Assembly: GCA_036676395.1 (NCBI GenBank)
Contig: JAKFCY010000002.1
Coordinates: 1,856,001-1,920,000 of the forward strand
DNA length: 64,000 nucleotides
Direction of reading: 5' to 3'
Origin: Bdellovibrio sp.
GTDB lineage: Bacteria > Bdellovibrionota > Bdellovibrionia > Bdellovibrionales > Bdellovibrionaceae
Shown one piece after another: positions 59,901 to 64,000 of the stretch (position 1 is its first letter; each line of letters opens with the position of its first letter). Under the pieces are notes generated by a model, which did not search any database, had not been told where the DNA came from, and was given only the letters and a program-made list of their open reading frames with translations. Made by a program: the position numbers and the translations under genes.

Positions 59901-61828
59901 ACATCGCGATTTTCAGTGTTAGCTGCATTTTTAAAACGAATACTGGCGTCATTATTCATAACAATGTGTCCACCGCTCATGAATAACCAACCAGTTAAAG
60001 TCTGATTACCTTCTACATATAAAGGTGTTGTCGGATTAACAGTGCCGATGCCCACATTACCACTTGCGTAGTTGATCGTCGTTCCCGACGTTGTCCATTG
60101 CGAACTGACCGCACCACTCGCTTGCGGTGTATACCCTAACGCTGTAGCGACATCACTAGCTGATAATTGTGCACCACTTGTGACACGGCCTTTGCCATCA
60201 ACAGTTACTTTTGTATATTGTGATCCACTTGTTACATTTGCAGAACTTGGTAAACGTGCTTCTGCTAATATACCTGTTGCACTTGCAGAGCCTAAATCTA
60301 AACTTGATACTGTGGCAAAACCACCTAAACCTAAATTCGTGCGCGCTGATGCACTTGAAGATAAATCACTTAGATTGTTTGTTTTAACTAAGTAATTTCC
60401 TAAAGCCGTACTGCTAGCCGGAGTGTATCCAAGAACTGAAATAACTGAAGCGCTAGTGGCACTCAGCTTATTAGCGAATGTTTGATAATCAGTATTTGAA
60501 ATTAAACCTGCAGTGACTGATCCTGCGGAGGCGAGCGGAATATTTAACGTGTGCACTCCGTTAACAGTCACGAACGCTGGCGTCGTGCCCGTTGTGCCAT
60601 TTGCGAAAGTTTGTGTCGCTGAAGCTGAACCATTTAAAATAGTGACCCCAGCGCTGGCCGCATTGGCCGGCGTATAACCTAAAGCTGAAACAACATCGCT
60701 TGAAGAAATTGTGGTTATCGTTTGGCTGGTCCATGACAAGTTGCCGCTGCCATCAGTTGTTAAAAATTGGCCACTTAGACCATCATCGCTTGGAAAAATT
60801 AAATTATAACCAGCTGATAGACTTATCGGCGCCTGCAGTCTGATCGAAAAAGCCGTACTAGGCTTAAAAATATCGACATAATTTGTTCTTGTACTGTTTG
60901 CGTAGACATCATTTGCCCAGATGTTTCCTGAAGAATCGCGAAGCAGTAAAGTATTTGCCGTATTTGATACCGCTGCCGCTGCAGAAATTTGCGCCGTGAT
61001 TTGCGTAGCTACCGCAGATGAACTGACCGGAGCATAACCTAAAGCATTTGCGATTTCTGTGCTGCTGACTGACATCTTAGTTTTAAATTCGGCGTAATCA
61101 GCAGCCGTTAAATAACCATCACTCGACATTGAAGCCACGCTGATTGAAATCACCGGCGCACTTGCAGATCCTGAAACCATGATGGGTGCAGTGCCTGAAA
61201 CAGAAAGTAGACCATCTGTGCTACTACTGCCTACAGCCACACAACCGAAAGAGGCTCCGTTAAACTGTAAGGCTTGCGAGACAGAGCAGGTTGGTATCGA
61301 AGTCACTTGGACAAAATCAAGATCGGTTTTTCCGTTCAATTGAGTCGAATTTTTAGCGTACATTGCATACGGCACATGATTAATATTCATTGCCGGTAAT
61401 GTTTGCCAACCAAGACCATCATGAAATTGCATCACAATTTTGCGCAGATCATTTGCGGCCGGAATATAAGCCGGAGGCCCACCTGCAGCACACGAAAGCG
61501 CTGTGCCATCGTTATTAAATACATCAGAAAAATTCACGCTACCGCTTACGGGAAAAGTTTTTATTCCCGAGCCCAAAGAAAAATTAACTAAACCGCCGCT
61601 GCCAGCCATATTAATGGTATTAAAATTTTCTGCATAGAGAATGCAGGCTCCCAAAGGATTTAAAATAGTAAAACGAAAATTTACGTTGGTTGATTCTAGA
61701 GGCGTGCCATCTGGCTTAATAATTTTTGCCTGATACGTGGTGTACATGCCTGCGGCTTGCGTTGAAAACGATAACAGCATAGCTATAGCAAAACTGAGGA
61801 CAGTGGTTATTTTTTTGAACATTCCCAT
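56936..61828 (-). CDS. Phage tail-fibre-like trimeric adhesin with a C-terminal peptidase S74 chaperone (Bdellovibrio MAT-type fibre)
   Basis: Signal peptide then TYQAKIIKPDGTPLE; GNVGIGT..P repeats; NTAxG beta-roll; TSDGRLKKNI...GVIAQE S74 domain. Probable start 61828 (the ORF track extends to 61987). Confidence 0.9.
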   Translation of the reverse strand: MGMFKKITTVLSFAIAMLLSFSTQAAGMYTTYQAKIIKPDGTPLESTNVNFRFTILNPLGACILYAENFNTINMAGSGGLVNFSLGSGIKTFPVSGSVNFSDVFNNDGTALSCAAGGPPAYIPAANDLRKIVMQFHDGLGWQTLPAMNINHVPYAMYAKNSTQLNGKTDLDFVQVTSIPTCSVSQALQFNGASFGCVAVGSSSTDGLLSVSGTAPIMVSGSASAPVISISVASMSSDGYLTAADYAEFKTKMSVSSTEIANALGYAPVSSSAVATQITAQISAAAAVSNTANTLLLRDSSGNIWANDVYANSTRTNYVDIFKPSTAFSIRLQAPISLSAGYNLIFPSDDGLSGQFLTTDGSGNLSWTSQTITTISSSDVVSALGYTPANAASAGVTILNGSASATQTFANGTTGTTPAFVTVNGVHTLNIPLASAGSVTAGLISNTDYQTFANKLSATSASVISVLGYTPASSTALGNYLVKTNNLSDLSSSASARTNLGLGGFATVSSLDLGSASATGILAEARLPSSANVTSGSQYTKVTVDGKGRVTSGAQLSASDVATALGYTPQASGAVSSQWTTSGTTINYASGNVGIGTVNPTTPLYVEGNQTLTGWLFMSGGHIVMNNDASIRFKNAANTENRDVMRMNSANTLEITNNTDGNGGDIRFQTLSGGNESLRITSAGTVGIGTNTPITKLSVSGGIQISMESAPCALSYAGTLRYNSGNVEYCNGSTWSAFGVAGSGITAFNGSTSGTQTFANGTAGTTPAFVTVNGMHTLNIPLASSGAVTAGLISNSDYTTLMNKVSMTTLSNYVLKSNNLSDLTSSATARANLGLGGFATVSSLDLGSASATGIISEARLMTFSGVASGAQYTKVTVDSKGRVTSGSQVTLNDIVHVHTGNGGLFVGSGTSWPLVEDSNNSESTAFGVNSMAANQDGGQNTAFGFGTLESSVTSYENAAFGWYALQANTSGQFNTAIGAETLWNNTTGNENTAVGGSALSYNTTGYYNTAVGVSALNNNTSGTNNVGIGLNAGRTNKTGHQNVYVGAGAGNGPSNNSDVSNTTIIGYEAATNIATGANNNIVIGAYSAGNLTTGANNIVIGNNINTVAATSSGTLNIGNLIFGTSLNGSGATIATGNIGIGSKTPVTKLSVSGGLQISMESATCAVSFAGTLRYNSENVEFCNGTSWSAFGVAGSGITTFNGSTSGTQTFAHGITGTAPLFVTANGVHTLNIPLASAGSVTAGLLSNADYTVFTNKITSSAASIAQVLGYVPASSTVLGNYLVKTNNLSDLSSSATARTNLGLGGFATVSSLNLGSASATGTLAAARLPAFAGDVSSVSGSASLTVDGIQGRSVLATAPTSGQVLAYNGSAWAPAALAVAGDFMKDGSVAMTGALKVSDGTVGAPSIAFASDTNTGFYKDYADSFALVANGSTMFSFGYGSMISAATNGVKINVASGTAAAPVYTFNGVHNSGMFSPGGQVLAFSTNSLERLRIDSSGNVGIGTTTPSEKLEVSGSVKATSFISTSDGRLKKNIQLISGLESVLKLNGYSYQWKANGQYDAGVIAQELEQVFPHAVVTDRQSGYKAVKYQYLIAPLINSIKELHEENGKLKEKNNELENRLRMIEKKLGIR
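57846..60650 (-). repeat. Three internal copies of a roughly 0.5-kb stalk module in the fibre gene
   Basis: TQTFA.G..GT.P.FVT.NG.HTLNIPLAS.G.VTAGL...NNLSDL.SSA.AR.NLGLGGFATVSSL.LGSASATG at about 60170-60650, 59165-59750 and 57846-58400. Confidence 0.85.
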
Positions 61829-61835
61829 GTTTAGA

Positions 61836-61862
61836 TTATCGTCCGAAACAAAAAACCGCTTA
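61836..61862 (-). promoter_or_regulatory. Sigma28 (FliA)-like promoter of the fibre operon (TAAG-N15-GACGATAA)
   Basis: One mismatch in each box versus TAAA-N15-GCCGATAA, exact spacing; 7 nt before ATG 61828. Confidence 0.65.
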
Positions 61863-62076
61863 AAAAACCAAATCGCCTGTAGACGCTCTAAAAGTATATT
61901 GGTAACTAAGCGCACCCAAGTAAGCAGTTTTCTATTTAACCCTTTGGTCCTGTTCAGCAGAGAAAACGATGCTTCTGTGTGAGACACTCAGATAGTGGTT
62001 TCCAAGCCATTGCCAAGTTACCATTTTTTTTCGAAAGAATTACTCTTTCAACAAAAATGAGTTAAGTTTGAAGACA

Positions 62077-62877
62077 ATGACTAATCAAGCCACTGAAGAT
62101 TACTTAAGAATTTTACAGAATGAATTTCAACAACGTAAACAAAAGAATAAAAAATACTCGTTGCGTGCCTTTGCTAAATTTCTTGGCGTAAGCCATGCTC
62201 TTTTATCATTAGTATTTCTTAAGAAAAAAGGGCTCTCACTTAAGATGGCTGAAAAAATCAGTGCGAAGCTGGCCTTAAGCCATTTAGAGCGTAATATTTT
62301 TGTCAGTAGCGTTGAAAAATGTTTTTCTCGCAGCGCCAATAAAAAAACCAAAGCTGGTCAGGTTTTAAAAGAACTACAAAAACAAAAACAATTCAAATCA
62401 CTGACTCAAGATACGGTTAGCCAGATTGATCATTGGGCTTATGTGGCCGTGTTCGAAGCTATTTACAGCAAAAAAGCCCTGACTACGAAAGAGCTTTGTT
62501 TCTTCTTCGATCAGAAGCCTTCACTGATCATAAAAGTTGTAGCCTATCTGCAAGAAATCTCAGCCATTGCTGATGAAAATGGCACATTTTCGGCTATTTC
62601 TTCATCCTTACAAACCAGCAATGATATTCCGGCTAAAGCCATGGTTAGTTATCACATTTCAATGGCCCAAAAAGCCATCAGTGCAATCCAACAACAGCCT
62701 GTGCATATGCGCGAATTTCAAAATGCTATCCTAACAGTCAACCAAGAGTCTTTAGGCGAAGCTAAAAAAATGATTCGTAATTTCATCCATGACTTTAACA
62801 CCCGTTTTTATGTGGACAACGATACCAGCCAGCTTTATTCCTTGTTTGTCAGTTTTTTTAAAATGGGAAAAGAATAA
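62077..62877 (+). CDS. TIGR02147/DUF4423-family protein with an N-terminal HTH
   Basis: RKQKNKKYSLRAFAKFLGVS...LS, HWAYVAV, YH...REFQ...AKKMIRNF, LYSL...F signature. Confidence 0.85.
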   Translation: MTNQATEDYLRILQNEFQQRKQKNKKYSLRAFAKFLGVSHALLSLVFLKKKGLSLKMAEKISAKLALSHLERNIFVSSVEKCFSRSANKKTKAGQVLKELQKQKQFKSLTQDTVSQIDHWAYVAVFEAIYSKKALTTKELCFFFDQKPSLIIKVVAYLQEISAIADENGTFSAISSSLQTSNDIPAKAMVSYHISMAQKAISAIQQQPVHMREFQNAILTVNQESLGEAKKMIRNFIHDFNTRFYVDNDTSQLYSLFVSFFKMGKE

Positions 62878-62878
62878 C

Positions 62879-63910
62879 GTGAAAGCCTGCAAAACTATTT
62901 TCATTTCAGCCCTTTTATCAGCCCTAACTGTGTTTGCCGGCCCTAGCGTTATTGGCAACGGTGGCAATGGTGTTTTTTTAGAAAACAAATTTTATGTTCT
63001 TGATCTGGTTGAAGCAGATTCTCATACCAGACCCTTCCTTAAAGAAACCATAGCCACGTACTATTACGATCGCTTAAAGTACGCACTTCATGCGCTTGAA
63101 GATCCGTCTCTTGTAGCCCTTGTTTCCAGAAAAATTACCGAGGCTGGAGCCCTTGATTTAATTTACACCGAAGCCCTACTACGTACTTTTGAAGCTATTC
63201 GCTGGAACTTGGTTGATTATCGTTTAACACCGATGCCTGTAGTAACTCCAGTAGCAGCAGATCAGCACCAAATTGCAATTCGCACGAGCGATAATATTCT
63301 GATCGATCGCTACTATTGGAATTTATTAACTCCCGAACATCGTACAGCCTTATTATTTCACGAAGTTAATTTTATTCTGATTCGCCCTAGCTCAACCGCG
63401 GACGATGATGACTTTCAAAAATCAGCCTTTCAATCACGCTTACTTACAGGTTATATTTTTTCAGATTCAATGGCGAAAGAATTCGGCCCATCTTTTTCGC
63501 GCCGTTTGTATCCGCTTTTTCCTTCGAAATTAATGAAAATCAACGGCGAAGATGTTTTTTCGGTTTATAAAACTAAAGCATTTTCAGCGTTTGCCTATGA
63601 AGATGTGATTACGGCAAATCCTTATCTTGAAATTATTTTTAAAGAATCTAAAGTTAAAATGAATGTTTTCAGAGCCAGCCAGGACGATGTCATTACAGCT
63701 ATTTGCAAGCAAAATGAATTACCAAAGTTAGTGCAACTACGCACTCACATTATGCATTTAGAGCTTTATAAAGGTGATAATAATTCGCAGGATTACCTGT
63801 CGTTTCACCCTGCTTCAGACGAAGGTTTTCCAGCAGTAAAACCCTTGAAAAGCACCTGCGTGCAACAAGCTTCAAAATTGCATCACGATCTTATACGTCA
63901 CATCGATTAA
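62879..63910 (+). CDS. Secreted hypothetical protein with a GNGG motif and degenerate HE motif
   Basis: Probable GTG start at 62879, 1 nt after the upstream stop; signal peptide then GPSVIGNGGNG; ALLFHEV. Confidence 0.7.
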   Translation: MKACKTIFISALLSALTVFAGPSVIGNGGNGVFLENKFYVLDLVEADSHTRPFLKETIATYYYDRLKYALHALEDPSLVALVSRKITEAGALDLIYTEALLRTFEAIRWNLVDYRLTPMPVVTPVAADQHQIAIRTSDNILIDRYYWNLLTPEHRTALLFHEVNFILIRPSSTADDDDFQKSAFQSRLLTGYIFSDSMAKEFGPSFSRRLYPLFPSKLMKINGEDVFSVYKTKAFSAFAYEDVITANPYLEIIFKESKVKMNVFRASQDDVITAICKQNELPKLVQLRTHIMHLELYKGDNNSQDYLSFHPASDEGFPAVKPLKSTCVQQASKLHHDLIRHID

Positions 63911-64000
63911 GTTATTTAATGTCTAAAACTCTGACTGTGGAACTGACCTGATTTTTATTAATGTACCCAATGGCATTCGGGTTTTTCAATAGCCAATTGA

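Noticed and set aside
61851..61867. Homopolymer tracts around the fibre promoter as phase-variation switches
   Set aside because: Tracts of about 6 nt are too short and too common in this AT-rich DNA.
317..62988. Many short or antisense ORFs in the track (e.g. 9503-10102, 7984-8457, 26578-26991, 58230-58577)
   Set aside because: They overlap well-supported genes in another frame or strand and show no recognisable motifs; treated as shadow ORFs.
63971..63990. TGGCATTCGGGTTTTTC at the window end as a sigma54 promoter
   Set aside because: No GC at the -12 position and the downstream gene is outside the window.
52598..64000. Prophage or integrative island at the tRNA-Leu 3' end, suggested by the tail-fibre-like gene
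   Set aside because: No integrase, capsid, terminase or duplicated tRNA end is visible; the fibre has a Sec signal peptide like cellular MAT adhesins. A boundary beyond the window cannot be excluded.
1..64000. CRISPR array, rRNA, IS element or riboswitch
   Set aside because: No regularly spaced repeats, rRNA signatures, transposase ORFs or recognisable riboswitch consensus were seen by eye.

Overview
A chromosomal window with roughly 40% GC (estimated by eye). Gene content and order point to a predatory Bdellovibrionota bacterium (Bdellovibrio/Pseudobdellovibrio-like); this taxonomy is an inference. Main blocks in order: a type II secretion operon (gspD 3' end, then gspE-N) and ssb; a haem biosynthesis cluster (hemA, hemC fused to a HemD-like domain, hemL, a sensor kinase and response regulator, hemE, hemN, hemY, hemH; hemB divergent); yicC-gmk-rpoZ-spoT; mutL-miaA; several membrane or secreted hypotheticals; dut, an M16 peptidase and pnp; rimP-nusA-infB-rbfA-truB-rpsO; tRNA-Leu(CAA); and an accessory surface locus. 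That locus has an S74-chaperoned MAT-type fibre, a coupled 1379-aa LVIVD-repeat protein, and a divergent TIGR02147-family gene with a secreted GNGG-motif partner. Best leads: (1) a two-component system inside the haem operon with three 11-bp-phased PhoB/OmpR-type repeats in the hemA/hemB promoter region; (2) a candidate lytic transglycosylase and inhibitor pair inserted between rpsO and pnp; (3) the fibre and LVIVD protein sharing a Cys/Trp module, under a sigma28-like promoter; (4) recurrent apparently leaderless genes, two with promoters nested in terminators; (5) a small repeated intergenic hairpin. No CRISPR array, rRNA, transposase or integrase was seen. All calls come from reading motifs by eye; no database searches were run.
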